Positions 1-10,500 of a DNA stretch of 64,000 nucleotides are shown here, in pieces. Location of the stretch: NCBI GenBank assembly GCA_029258915.1, contig JAPDJU010000006.1:101183-165182 (forward strand), in the 5' to 3' direction. A program made the position numbers and the translations under genes. Every line of letters starts with the position of its first letter. Position 1 is the first letter of the stretch. Under the pieces are notes generated by a model. It had not been told where the DNA came from, did no database searches, and worked only from the letters and a program-made list of their open reading frames with translations. The stretch comes from Thermoproteota archaeon. Lineage in GTDB: Archaea > Thermoproteota > Thermoprotei_A > EX4484-217-1.

Positions 1-240
1 GCTACTGTTCTCATACATGATTCAACATTTGACCATACACTATCTAAGGAAGCACATGAGCAAGGACACTCTACATCGCTTGATGCAGCATTAATAGCTA
101 AAAAAGCTAATGTGAAATCTCTTTTCCTAACCCATATAAGTGCACGTTACGAATCAGAGAAACCTTTGCTTGAAAAAGCGGTAGAGATTTTTAAGAACAC
201 ATATGTTGCACAAGACTTTATGAGCGTATGGGTTTTTTAA
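1..240 (+). CDS. rnz: Ribonuclease Z (metallo-beta-lactamase fold), C-terminal fragment; 5' end lies outside the window
   Basis: In-frame translation from base 1 reads ATVLIHDSTFDHTLSKEAHEQGHSTS...LFLTHISARYE, the C-terminal His motifs of tRNase Z; stop at 238-240. Confidence 0.6.
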   Translation, partial: ATVLIHDSTFDHTLSKEAHEQGHSTSLDAALIAKKANVKSLFLTHISARYESEKPLLEKAVEIFKNTYVAQDFMSVWVF

Positions 241-671
241 TCCTTAGGCATTTCTATTTCCCATAATGGTTTTCCACGAGCAGTTTTTGGAGCCAACCAG
301 TCTATAAGTTTCTCAACATCAACATCCTCTACTATGAAGGTTATTGGCCCTAAAGGTGATTCACCGTATGCTTCAGTAAAAGACAGCCTACCTCGAAATG
401 CTGCTTGTTTATTCAAGTAAAATATTATTGAACGTTCGTGAACACTTTTCTTAAAGACCGTTCTAGCAGCATCTAATATTCTTTCAGCCCTTAAAAGCCT
501 ATGTAGCTTTGTAAGGCTTTTCAATGAATAAGCTTTAGCAACAATAACCTTACTTTTACCTCTAACCTCGATTTCTACGTGTTCAGGAATGAAAACGTTC
601 AATATTGCTTGTTTTACTTTGTTTTCATCTTCTGTAGGTCTGACTTCAGCTTCAACCTTAACTATGACCAT
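237..671 (-). CDS. Conserved archaeal UPF0201-family protein
   Basis: 144-aa ORF; N-terminus VEAEVRPTEDENKVKQAI and LHRLLRAERILDAAR resemble UPF0201 proteins that sit in RNA-processing neighbourhoods. Confidence 0.5.
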   Translation of the reverse strand: MVIVKVEAEVRPTEDENKVKQAILNVFIPEHVEIEVRGKSKVIVAKAYSLKSLTKLHRLLRAERILDAARTVFKKSVHERSIIFYLNKQAAFRGRLSFTEAYGESPLGPITFIVEDVDVEKLIDWLAPKTARGKPLWEIEMPKD

Positions 672-680
672 ATTTTACAC

Positions 681-1232
681 CTAGCAATGTTTGCTAAGTA
701 TCTCCTTTAATACTTTTTTCGCCATCTCTCTTAATTCTTCAATTGTTCCTTCATTAACAATCATGTAGTCTGCTAATGCAATAACGTTTCCTAAACCAAA
801 ACTTAACTCTACAAGATCTCTTTCTACAAACTCGTTCCAGCTTTTAGGATCTCCAGGCCTTTTTCTCTTTAAAATCCTCTTAAACCTCACCTGAGGGGAT
901 GCATGAACAGCTATAATCACTGTTTCTCCTAGATCTCTTTTATAACGTTCTAATTCTTTTAAACTTCTAACGCCATCAACTATGACAATATTGCTCCTTA
1001 TTTTCCCTATTTTCTTTACACATCTTTTTGCTATAACATCTTCACCCTCTTTATCTCTTAAATCCTTAGCAACCATGTTTAAGTTTTGAGGGGTTAAAGG
1101 TAAGCCTCTTTTTACAGTTTCCTCCCTAACAATGTCGCCCATAACAATTACTGGAAAACCCATTTTCTTAGCTTCTTTAACAACAATCCCTTTACCTGAG
1201 GCAGGCATGCCGACAACGCATATTACAAGCAT
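681..1232 (-). CDS. UPF0200-type P-loop nucleotide kinase (dephospho-CoA kinase-like)
   Basis: Walker A GMPASGKG right after the likely start MLVICVVG; GFPVIVMGDIVREE motif. The track ORF extends to 1253; the internal Met is preferred as start. Confidence 0.55.
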   Translation of the reverse strand: MLVICVVGMPASGKGIVVKEAKKMGFPVIVMGDIVREETVKRGLPLTPQNLNMVAKDLRDKEGEDVIAKRCVKKIGKIRSNIVIVDGVRSLKELERYKRDLGETVIIAVHASPQVRFKRILKRKRPGDPKSWNEFVERDLVELSFGLGNVIALADYMIVNEGTIEELREMAKKVLKEILSKHC

Positions 1233-1302
1233 TTTTATACTTACCTCGCACATTAGATAGTTTGAAAATGCGTTTAAAAGTATTAGCTCTTAGGTGAGCT
1301 AA

Positions 1303-1869
1303 TTGAGTGAAAGAGTGAGGTCTTTTATTTCAGTAGACGTTGAAGACTCTCTAATACTTGACAGGATAGAGAGAATTAAAGAAACACTGCTTTCAACAAG
1401 AGTATATATGAAACCTGTTGAAAAAGAAAACATACACTTAACACTTAAATTTCTAGGTGAAATACCGGTAGCATTAATTGATGAAATATATAGAGTACTG
1501 CTTAGTGTTAAAGCTAAACCTTTTGAAATGGAAATTAAAGGTTTAGGAGCATTTCCCAGAACATCAAATCCTAGAGTCATATGGGTAGGTGTAATTAAAG
1601 GTGCGGAGGAACTTAAAAACATACATAAGCAGATAGAGTCTGGTCTTAGAAAACTAGGTATAAGACCGGATACTAGAGGATTTGAACCGCACATAACCAT
1701 AGCCAGAGTAAAAAGTGGAAGAAACAAAAGTAAATTGGTTAAAATACTTAACCAGTTAGCTGATGTAGAAATAGGCGTAATGGAAGTTACAAGTATTAGG
1801 CTTAAGCAAAGTATTTTAACATCTAAAGGCCCCATATATAAAACGCTTAGGGAAGTAAAACTTGAATAA
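1303..1869 (+). CDS. thpR: RNA 2',3'-cyclic phosphodiesterase (2H phosphoesterase, ThpR/LigT family)
   Basis: Two H-x-T-x motifs (HLTLKF and HITIARV) at the expected spacing; TTG start; overlaps the downstream cca gene. Confidence 0.8.
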   Translation: MSERVRSFISVDVEDSLILDRIERIKETLLSTRVYMKPVEKENIHLTLKFLGEIPVALIDEIYRVLLSVKAKPFEMEIKGLGAFPRTSNPRVIWVGVIKGAEELKNIHKQIESGLRKLGIRPDTRGFEPHITIARVKSGRNKSKLVKILNQLADVEIGVMEVTSIRLKQSILTSKGPIYKTLREVKLE

Positions 1870-3268
1870 AGTTGAAGAAGAAGTTTTAAGAAAAATTAAG
1901 CCTAAGCCTTACGAAGTAGAAAAAGTAGAAAGAATATTTTCTTATGTTAAAGAAAAACTTGAAAATAAGATTAAAGAATACGGTATTGAAGCTTACGTTG
2001 AGCTTGAAGGCTCTACAGCTAAGGATACTTGGCTTTCCGGAGAATGGGATCTAGACATATTTGTATTGTATCCTAAACGTCTAGGTAAACTATGGGTTAA
2101 AAATGAAGGTTTTAAGATAATTTTTGAAGCACTAAAAGATATGCCCCATGAAATAGCTTATGCCGAACATCCTTACATAAGACTTAACGTTGAGAACGTA
2201 GAAGTCGATGTTGTTCCTGCTTTAAAACATGATTATGCATGGGAGGCAGAAACTGTAGTAGATAGAACACCATTCCATACAGCATATATTAGGTCTAAAC
2301 TTAGCGAGGAAGAAAGGGATCAGGTAAGGCTTCTTAAAAGATTTTTAAAAGGTATAGGGGTTTATGGTGCTGAAATAAAGGTCTCAGGGTTTTCAGGCTA
2401 TTTAACAGAACTCTTGATAGTGCAATATAAGACTTTTAGAAACACATTAGCCCATATAGCTAAAGACTGGAGAACAGGCTTTGTGATAGATGTTGAGAAA
2501 CATTATTCAAGTATAAGGGAGGTTAAAGAGAAGTTTAAAGAACATCCACTAATAGTTATCGACCCTGTAGATCCTAATAGAAATGTTGCTGCTGCTGTTT
2601 CTGAAAAATCTCTTTCAACATTTATTGCGGCTTCGAAATATTATCTAGGAGAACCTTCTTTAAACTTCTTTTACCCGCAGATAGGGGAAGTAACTATTAA
2701 AGATGTTATGAAAGAAATTTCTTCAAGAGATACAGATATTCTATGCTTAACCTTACCTATACCTAAAAAACCTTCAGATGTAATTTGGGGTCTGCTTAGG
2801 AGAAACCTTGTTAACACTGTAAATGTGCTTAAAAAATTTGACTTTAAAATAGTAGACTATGACGTATGGTGTGATGAAGAAAAACAAGCTGTTTTCATTA
2901 TTGAACTTGAGAAAGCAGTGCTGCCAAGCACTGTAAAGTCTATAGGCCCACCTGTATTTCTTGAGCCGAATGCTACGTATTTTCTAAAGAAGTATTTAGA
3001 ATCAAAGGAGACAATAGCTGGTCCATGGATTGAAAATTCACGTTGGGTTGTTCTTAAAAAGCGAAAATACAGAGAAGTTAAAGAACTTCTACTCAATAGA
3101 TTAGTATCTCAGTGTTTAAGTAGTGTTCTAAAAGAATATATTGAAAAGCATGGGTTCGAAATATATGTTAACAATGAAATCAGGAAGTATGTTGAAAAGT
3201 TAGGTTCAAAAGATTTCATCGTCTTCCTAACTAAATTCCTGAGGAAAAAACCTTTATGGCTAAAGTAA
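1862..3268 (+). CDS. cca: CCA-adding tRNA nucleotidyltransferase, archaeal class I
   Basis: Nucleotidyltransferase motif GSTAKDTWLSGEWDLDIF near the N-terminus; 468 aa is typical for archaeal CCA enzymes. Confidence 0.85.
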   Translation: MNKVEEEVLRKIKPKPYEVEKVERIFSYVKEKLENKIKEYGIEAYVELEGSTAKDTWLSGEWDLDIFVLYPKRLGKLWVKNEGFKIIFEALKDMPHEIAYAEHPYIRLNVENVEVDVVPALKHDYAWEAETVVDRTPFHTAYIRSKLSEEERDQVRLLKRFLKGIGVYGAEIKVSGFSGYLTELLIVQYKTFRNTLAHIAKDWRTGFVIDVEKHYSSIREVKEKFKEHPLIVIDPVDPNRNVAAAVSEKSLSTFIAASKYYLGEPSLNFFYPQIGEVTIKDVMKEISSRDTDILCLTLPIPKKPSDVIWGLLRRNLVNTVNVLKKFDFKIVDYDVWCDEEKQAVFIIELEKAVLPSTVKSIGPPVFLEPNATYFLKKYLESKETIAGPWIENSRWVVLKKRKYREVKELLLNRLVSQCLSSVLKEYIEKHGFEIYVNNEIRKYVEKLGSKDFIVFLTKFLRKKPLWLK

Positions 3269-4005
3269 GCATTTACTCTGAAACTATTAAGAAAGTACTT
3301 TGTTATCCAGATTATTCTGAAAAATGTTATTTTGAAAGGTTAAAGGAACTTGAAGAATTAAGTGTTAACTACGTTCTTCTTGAAGGTAAGAAGCTTGTCT
3401 ACGGCATAATACCTGTTTTGGGTAAAGGCTATGCTAGCATAGCTTTGAAAGCTATTACATCCAGTGGTAAAGTAGTAACACTTAAAATTAGAAGAACAGA
3501 CTCCAGAAGAAAGTCTATGGAAAATGAAGCTATATGCTTAGCTATAGCTAACACTGTTGATGTAGGGCCCCGTCTACTAGGTTTTACAGACAATATTTTA
3601 ATGTACACTTTTATAGATGGTAGGCCCTTAAGTGAATGGTTTAGTGAAAATATCGAACCAAATGTATTAAAGAACACTGTGAAGGATGTTTTAAAACAAT
3701 GCTTCAGACTAGATAGAGCACCATTAGACCATGGAGAACTAAGTAGACCGCATAAACACATAATCGTAGACTATGAAAAAAAGCCGTACATAGTAGATTT
3801 CGAATCAGCAAGTTACACTAGAAGACCGGCAAACCTTTCCTCAATTGTAAGCTTTTTCTTCATAAGAAAAAACCCTATATCGAAAACCCTAAAAGATGTT
3901 TTAAAATATGATGTTGATAGTGTTCTTAAAAGTGTAAGAGAATATAAAAGAAACATTTCAAGAGAAACATTTCTAACAGTACTGCGTACATTAAATCTAT
4001 TGTAA
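3256..4005 (+). CDS. Small atypical Ser/Thr protein kinase (Bud32/RIO-like)
   Basis: Gly-rich loop LGKGYASIA, VTLK lysine, HGEL catalytic-loop variant and DFE in place of DFG; overlaps the cca stop. Confidence 0.5.
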   Translation: MAKVSIYSETIKKVLCYPDYSEKCYFERLKELEELSVNYVLLEGKKLVYGIIPVLGKGYASIALKAITSSGKVVTLKIRRTDSRRKSMENEAICLAIANTVDVGPRLLGFTDNILMYTFIDGRPLSEWFSENIEPNVLKNTVKDVLKQCFRLDRAPLDHGELSRPHKHIIVDYEKKPYIVDFESASYTRRPANLSSIVSFFFIRKNPISKTLKDVLKYDVDSVLKSVREYKRNISRETFLTVLRTLNLL

Positions 4006-4023
4006 AATTAAATGTGGAAGGGC

Positions 4024-4127
4024 TGGTGGGGCCGCGGGGATTTGAACCCCGGACCACGGGCGTTCCGGAGCCGTCTACGGGGAAACGCTCCCCAGGCCCG
4101 CATCCTTCCAGGCTAGACGACGGCCCC
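4024..4127 (-). tRNA. tRNA-Pro (anticodon GGG) with a ~27-nt intron; CCA is genomically encoded
   Basis: Reverse complement folds as acceptor GGGGCCG/CGGCCCC, T-arm CGGGG-TTCAAAT-CCCCG, anticodon stem CGGGC/GCCCG and loop CTGGGGA (U33, GGG, G37); extra block GCGTTTCCCCGTAGACGGCTCCGGAAC (about 4062-4088) sits 3' of the anticodon. Confidence 0.75.
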
Positions 4128-4161
4128 GTTTCTTCTGCCCAAATATTGTTAGCTAAAGGTT

Positions 4162-4404
4162 TTAGGGTTGTGTTCTTTTTCTAATCTTTGTTAGTGTTGG
4201 TGGTGTCCATAGCAACCATGCTGGGATCTTTTTGAGTAATTCGTATGCTTCCTCCCATGATTCTAAACTAAGTTTTTCAGCTAGTTTTTCAAGAGTCATC
4301 TGTGTTCTGGCATACTCTCTCAAAATATTCAACGTTTCTTCAGTTATTGAGATTTCTTTTTCACCAATTTTAATCTTAATTTCCTCAGTTAACTTTGATC
4401 TCAT
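4162..4404 (-). CDS. Small hypothetical protein (80 aa)
   Basis: ORF only; charged helical sequence with no recognised motif. Confidence 0.3.
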   Translation of the reverse strand: MRSKLTEEIKIKIGEKEISITEETLNILREYARTQMTLEKLAEKLSLESWEEAYELLKKIPAWLLWTPPTLTKIRKRTQP

Positions 4405-4570
4405 ACTATACTTCCTCTGCCTTAGAATAAGAAAGAGTAAAGAATACTTAAATGTTACCTTTCTTTAAAGATATGGTTCAAATATGTGTTGGTTTAAACA
4501 TTATGGAATATAGGGAAAAGCAATAGGTATTTAAGACTTCAATAGTAGAAATGATATTTGGGAGAATGAT

Positions 4571-4981
4571 ATGCCTATTATTTCTTCAGGTGTTATGCGT
4601 TTAAAATATGCTGTTGATAAAATTAAGAGAAGCTTATTAGTGGGAGGCATAAAACCTGAAGTAGTTTCAGAAGCTACAGACATTCTTGACGCATTAATTA
4701 AGGATAAAATGTTAGAGCTTAAACTGTCAGATGAAGACATTGCCGAAGTGGAAGTATCATATACACTAGAAGAAGATAAGATAGTTTGGGATAAAGAGTC
4801 TTTAAAAATAACAGCATATAAGCCTATAACAGAACTGGAAGCGTTAGTGAAAGAGAAAGTAGAGGAAGAAGTTAAGAGAGTAAGTGAAGAGGTAGCTGAA
4901 CTTAAAAGTAAAATTGAAAAAACAAAGAAAGAACTTTCCGAAATAGTTAATAAGTTAAGTGAGTTAGAAAAGTCACTATAA
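4571..4981 (+). CDS. Hypothetical coiled-coil protein
   Basis: ORF with a Glu/Lys-rich heptad-like C-terminal half; no recognised domain. Confidence 0.35.
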   Translation: MPIISSGVMRLKYAVDKIKRSLLVGGIKPEVVSEATDILDALIKDKMLELKLSDEDIAEVEVSYTLEEDKIVWDKESLKITAYKPITELEALVKEKVEEEVKRVSEEVAELKSKIEKTKKELSEIVNKLSELEKSL

Positions 4982-6025
4982 TTTCCAATATTTTTTATGA
5001 ACCCTTAAAGCTTTTTCAATGCTTTTTCTTACGTAGTTCATATTTTCTTTAAGCACTACTTTCTCATAGTATAGAGGATTATCGGTGTTACATGCCAGTA
5101 TAAGGTTCATTATAGCTTTTGGTAGATAGTTTAAAGCATATCCTCCTTCGAGAACAGCTACTATACCTTCTACTTTTCTTCCAAATAGACTGTATATCGC
5201 TTTACCTATGTGCCAGTATGTTTTAAGCGTTAGGTTTATGTCGGTTAATGGGTCTTTATGATGAGTGTCGAAGCCTGCTGAAATAAACAATATTTCTGGT
5301 TTGTAAAGTTCAATAATAGGTAAGGCTATATCTCTAAGCGCTAAAGCATATCCTTTATCGCTAATACCTGGAGGTAAAGGTATGTTTATCGTATAGCCTT
5401 CTCCTTCCTTCTCACCTACTTCTTCAGGGAATCCCGTGCCAGGGTACAGTGTTTTGGGGTCTTGATGCAGTGAGACATAAAGTACTTTATCTGTCGTATA
5501 GAATATTTCTTGGGTTCCATCGCCATGATGAGCGTCTATGTCTAATATAGCTACTCTCTTGTAACCATAATTTTCTATAGCATACTTAGCTGCAATAGCC
5601 ACATTATTAAAAATGCAAAAACCTTTAGCCAAACCCTTATGTGCATGGTGGCCTGGCGGCCTAATAGCTGCAAAACCTATTTTATATCCGCCGAAAAGGA
5701 CTTTCCTAAGAACCTTTAAAGTAGTGCCTACAGCGTATAATGCAACTTCATATGTTCTTTTAGAAACAACAGTGTCTAAATCTCCCAGCGGATGACCTCC
5801 TCCTGCTTCTGAAAACACCTTTATATACTCAACATATCCAGGGTCATGTACTATTTCAACTATTTCTCTGCTAGCTTTCTCGGGCCCTATCAGTTCAAGT
5901 GCTTTATGTTTAAACGTTTTTAGGAAGTTCATGGTTATTTCTATTCTCTTAGGCGACTCAGGATGCGAAAACCCTGTATCATGTTGTTTAAATATTTCAC
6001 CTACAGCGAAAATCACTTTCTCCAT
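4976..6025 (-). CDS. Histone deacetylase-family enzyme (AcuC / acetylpolyamine amidohydrolase-like)
   Basis: Arginase/deacetylase motifs IRPPGHHA, DIDAHHGDGTQ and SAGFDTHHKDPL. Confidence 0.8.
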   Translation of the reverse strand: MEKVIFAVGEIFKQHDTGFSHPESPKRIEITMNFLKTFKHKALELIGPEKASREIVEIVHDPGYVEYIKVFSEAGGGHPLGDLDTVVSKRTYEVALYAVGTTLKVLRKVLFGGYKIGFAAIRPPGHHAHKGLAKGFCIFNNVAIAAKYAIENYGYKRVAILDIDAHHGDGTQEIFYTTDKVLYVSLHQDPKTLYPGTGFPEEVGEKEGEGYTINIPLPPGISDKGYALALRDIALPIIELYKPEILFISAGFDTHHKDPLTDINLTLKTYWHIGKAIYSLFGRKVEGIVAVLEGGYALNYLPKAIMNLILACNTDNPLYYEKVVLKENMNYVRKSIEKALRVHKKYWKL

Positions 6026-6126
6026 ACATCATCACTTCACAGTATATTTCTAATTAATGGTTTATTTTGTTTAAATCTTTATATACCTTTAAGGCTAATT
6101 CTCTTACTTGAACTGGGTGTTCTAAA

Positions 6127-7512
6127 ATGAGCATCAAAGAAATTTCTAAACTAACATCGAAGAAAATATCTAAGAATCTCGAAATTGCTGAAGAATATGA
6201 GAAATATGTTACTAAAGGATTTGCTTTCAAATACTTTCCTGTAGCTATTGTTAAAACTAAGGGGGCTAAAGTTTGGGATGCGGACGGAAACGAGTATATA
6301 GACTTTCTCTCCAGTGCCGCAAAATATAATATTGGCCATACAAACGAATATGTTGTTAAAGCTATTAAAGAGGGGTTAGAAAACTTCATACATTACTGCC
6401 TATACTTCTACCATGAACCAGCAGTTAAGTTTGCCAAGCTCTTAGTAGAGATAACGCCAGGCAACTTTAAGAAAAAAGTTGCTTTCGGATTAAGCGGATC
6501 AGAATCTTGCGATCACGCTATTAAAGCTTCTTTGTTATATACTGAAAGACCGAACATTGCTTCGTTTACATATTCTTATTATGGAACAACCTATGCTACA
6601 CTCTCGGCGTCGGGATCTTTTAGTCCTAAGCTTAGAAAGAGAATACATGCACTACCTAATGTCTACTTCTTCCAATATCCTGACACCTATAGGTGCCCCT
6701 TCAATTTAAGTGAAGAAGAATGCGGCGAATATTATTTAAGCCTAATCGAGGACTTCTTTAAGTCAACAATCGCAGGCGAGTCTTTCGCTATATTTCTTGC
6801 TGAACCTATACAAGGAGATGCTGGAGTGCTTGTTCCACCAAAGAACTTTATGCGAGGATTGCGCAAATTAACTAAAGAATACGGTATAATATTTGCTGAC
6901 GATGAAATACAGGCTGGAATGGCTAGAACGGGTAAAATGTTTGCGATAGAACATTTTAATGTAGAACCTGATCTGATCATAGTAGGGAAGGCTGTGGGCG
7001 GTGGTATGCCTGTTTCTGCTGTTGTTGGTAGGGAGGAAATACTTGATTCAGCGCTGCCACAAACATATTTCTCATCTTATGCTGCACATGCATTATCTCT
7101 ACGAGCTGCAATTGCAACCATAGAGTACATATTAAGAGAAAAACTTGCTGAAAGGGCAGAAAAGCTAGGCAATCACGCTAAAAAAAGATTCAATGAGCTT
7201 AAGGAAAAATATGAAATCGTAGGCGATGTTAGAGGTTTAGGATTGCTTTTAGGCGTAGAAATAGTTAAGAAAAAAGAAACAAAGGAGCCTGACAGGACTT
7301 CAGCACTAAAAATAATTTGGAGATGCTGGGAGAAAGGTCTTTTAATGATGACGTATGGTAAATACGGTAACGTACTTAGAATAGCCCCGCCATTAGTAAT
7401 TAGTAAGGAAGAGCTAGACAAGGCTATAGATATTATTGAAGAATCCATTAAGGACGTTATTGCTGGTAAGGTAACAGATGAAATAGTTAAGTATTTGAGA
7501 GCATGGGAGTAA
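6127..7512 (+). CDS. Class III (PLP-dependent) aminotransferase, 4-aminobutyrate/ornithine aminotransferase-like
   Basis: GLSGSES, the FADDEIQAGMARTGKMFA region and GDVRGLGLLLGVEIV are characteristic of class III aminotransferases. Confidence 0.8.
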   Translation: MSIKEISKLTSKKISKNLEIAEEYEKYVTKGFAFKYFPVAIVKTKGAKVWDADGNEYIDFLSSAAKYNIGHTNEYVVKAIKEGLENFIHYCLYFYHEPAVKFAKLLVEITPGNFKKKVAFGLSGSESCDHAIKASLLYTERPNIASFTYSYYGTTYATLSASGSFSPKLRKRIHALPNVYFFQYPDTYRCPFNLSEEECGEYYLSLIEDFFKSTIAGESFAIFLAEPIQGDAGVLVPPKNFMRGLRKLTKEYGIIFADDEIQAGMARTGKMFAIEHFNVEPDLIIVGKAVGGGMPVSAVVGREEILDSALPQTYFSSYAAHALSLRAAIATIEYILREKLAERAEKLGNHAKKRFNELKEKYEIVGDVRGLGLLLGVEIVKKKETKEPDRTSALKIIWRCWEKGLLMMTYGKYGNVLRIAPPLVISKEELDKAIDIIEESIKDVIAGKVTDEIVKYLRAWE

Positions 7513-7530
7513 TTTTTCCCCATACTTTAC

Positions 7531-10500
7531 TTACATTGTTCTAGCAATTTTACCTAGTCTAGGCTCGTATAGGCTTCCTTCTCTCCTCAGCTGGTCAAGT
7601 ATTTCCTCCACTTCCTTAGCATCTAAACCTGATTTTACGGCTTGCTCTATAACATCTGATTTCTTAACCTCGGCACCAGGGTATTCTTCAAGTTTTTCTA
7701 TGATCTCCATGACTTTCATGATTTTTAATCTTCTGCTGACAGGTTTACCTGTCATAATAATGTCTATATCTATAACCCCGGCTTCAATATCTAAACCTAC
7801 GTCTTTGAAGCTTCTAACCACTAGGTCTATTGCTGCCTTAGCGTCTTCAGCTGTTACTTCGTTTCTTAAAACCATTCTAGCATGTGCTTCTGCAAGCCTA
7901 ATTATTGCTTCCAGTTGTCTAGGTGTTATAGGTATTGGAGCATTTGGGTTTTCACTTGCCTTACTCCTTAAGTTAACGAAGAAATCTGAAATTATTTTTG
8001 CAGCCTCCTCAGTTAATCTTGGTTTCACATATTTCCTAGCATATCCGACATATTTTCTAAGTAACGATGGAGGTATTGGAGGTTTTACACGTTCATACTG
8101 CTTATGAACAGTAAGTATGTGAGACACTAGCTCCTCATCTGTTTGCGGCGCTGGCTTATCTCTCATTACAAATATTAGGTCAAACCTTGAGAGAATTGTT
8201 GGAGGCAAGTTTATGTTTTCAGTAAAGAGCCTGTCTTCAATGTACCTTCCAAACTTAGGATTACCTGCTGCAAGAATAGCTGTTCTAGCGTTAAGCCTAG
8301 CAACAATACCGGCTTTAGCTATACTTATGGTCTGCTGTTCCATTGCTTCATGAATAGCTACTCTATCTTCAGGCCTCATTTTGTCTATTTCATCGATAGC
8401 ACATATCCCTCCATCAGCTAAAACTAAGGCTCCAGCCTCTAAGAAGTAATCCCCAGTGGACTTATCTCTAATCACTGCTGCAGTTAATCCAGCGGCACTG
8501 CTACCCTTACCTGAAGTATATAGTCCTCTAGGAGCAATTCTTGCAATGTATTGGAGAATCTGGCTATTATGTAAGAATAGTAGGCCTAAGCCTCCTACGA
8601 AGTTTTCATTATCTTCAACTGAAATATCATAGACGAACCTATAATGTTCTGGTTCTATTTCTACTAGCGGTATTTCTTTTACTTCTTCTACAGTATCCCA
8701 CATTAAATTCTCATTTTTAACAATTTTCCTTAGACCATAAAGTAGTTCCTCACGTATATCTGTTAGCTGTGTGACGGTTCTAAGTATTTTTAGACCATAT
8801 TTTCTACCGACATAGCCTCTATAGATCTTTCCCCTAAACTCTGCACCTATTGGCCTAAGATCTCCTTTATTTAGACCTGCATTTTGTAGTATCCTTAAAA
8901 GTTCCTTACCTATAGGGACTCTGTCAACGTAGTCTGAAGACTTCTCCCTGGTTTTTCTAAGTTTTAATATTTTCTTTCCAACATTAATGTCGAATGTTTT
9001 CACAAGTTCTTCCATTTTAACAATATTTACTTCATAATACTCAATTTTTCTACCTTTATATTTAGTCTCTTTAATTCTTATTGTATATGGTAAGCCGAGT
9101 CTTGTAAGTAAAATGGTAATTCCATGAACAATGTTAATGCTTGTTGTTGATATTTTAACTTCCTTACACGTGGATTTATCTGAAATCCCTACATAACCAT
9201 CAGAATCTATGAGTCCAGAAAGTAATCCTATAACATAGTCTAAAGGAGCTATGTAAGAGAATTCTGGGATCTTCTTTAACCTTGACATGTAGCCTTTCTT
9301 TTTAACCTTATGCAGTATTGAGCAGTCTAAGTACATGTTTTTCTTGATCCATTCTACGAATTTAGCATCATCTACTATTAGCCTATAATTGTTAAGTTTA
9401 GATTCGTATATTTTACATTTGACTTTAAAGTATTTTTCAACTATGTTCTTTAATCTGTTAAGTGTAGTAGCATTATTAGATGATATTTCTATTCTTTCAC
9501 TACTAGAAATTAAGGTTAAGCTTCCATCTCCAAGAAAGTAGCCGAGGAAATAACCTATGTCTTCGTTTAACTTTATTTCCCCTAAGTTAGTATGTATAGT
9601 TGTTATTAATTGTTTCCTTAATATAGGAGCTTTCTTAAGCAATGGTATTAGTGATTTTTTCTCTAGTGCTTCTAGAGGTTTTACGGGTACTAATAAACCA
9701 TTTTCATACGCTATGAGACTATGGTCCTTTGTTATAATTGCCCTTCTACCATACTTGGTCTTCACAATTACAACTTTCTTGGGAGCTTTATGTCTGATAA
9801 GGCTCTTAATTGGCTTAATTTCAACCTTAAACGTTAAAGGATTAACAGAGAATGTGTAAAGGTTAACTCCTATCTTATTTAGGTTAAGTATTTCTGTTTC
9901 TTCATGTTTCTCAACAGCATATCTATGTTTTTCAATATATTTATCAACTAGTTTACCTATGGGTTCGTAATGTATGTAGCCGTTAGAATCCATGTATAAT
10001 ATCGGCTCACTAAACACTAAGCTCTTTGCTACACCGGGGTCTCCAACGAGGAGAATGTGTATATCTCCTCTTATCCTTGTTCCGTCAGGTAGTTCTTTAG
10101 GAACACCTCCGAAAAGCAGGAGTGCTATTGCTTTCTTAATATGGTTATAGCCGTGAATTGCGGGAGCTATTGACTGTACGATTTTCTCTCTAATTTTAAG
10201 ATCCTTAGCTAGCTCAAGTATTTTCCTTTCATCTTCTTTAGAAATCTCTATTTCTTCAAGAACCTTTTGTGAAACTTCAAGACTATTTGCCTCAATCTTC
10301 ATTTCAAACGTTAGTTTTGTTCCTTTCTTAACAGATCTTTCACCTTTAACCGTTAAAATTCCAACTACTGTAACTCTGTCTCCAGGCCTAGCTTTATCTA
10401 CAAGGTCCTCTAATAGTACGACTTCAACGGACCTAGGCATATGCCCTGGGGGTACATCTTCAGGTTTTTCTTGAACTATGATCTTCTGCATATTAATAAA

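Noticed and set aside
7700-8107. Antisense or internal ORFs in the six-frame track (examples 7700-8107, 9557-9859, 10441-10650, 1299-1835, 31627-32043, 36378-36839, 41532-41936)
   Set aside because: Each lies fully inside a longer ORF with clear family motifs on the other strand or frame and has low-complexity composition; treated as spurious.
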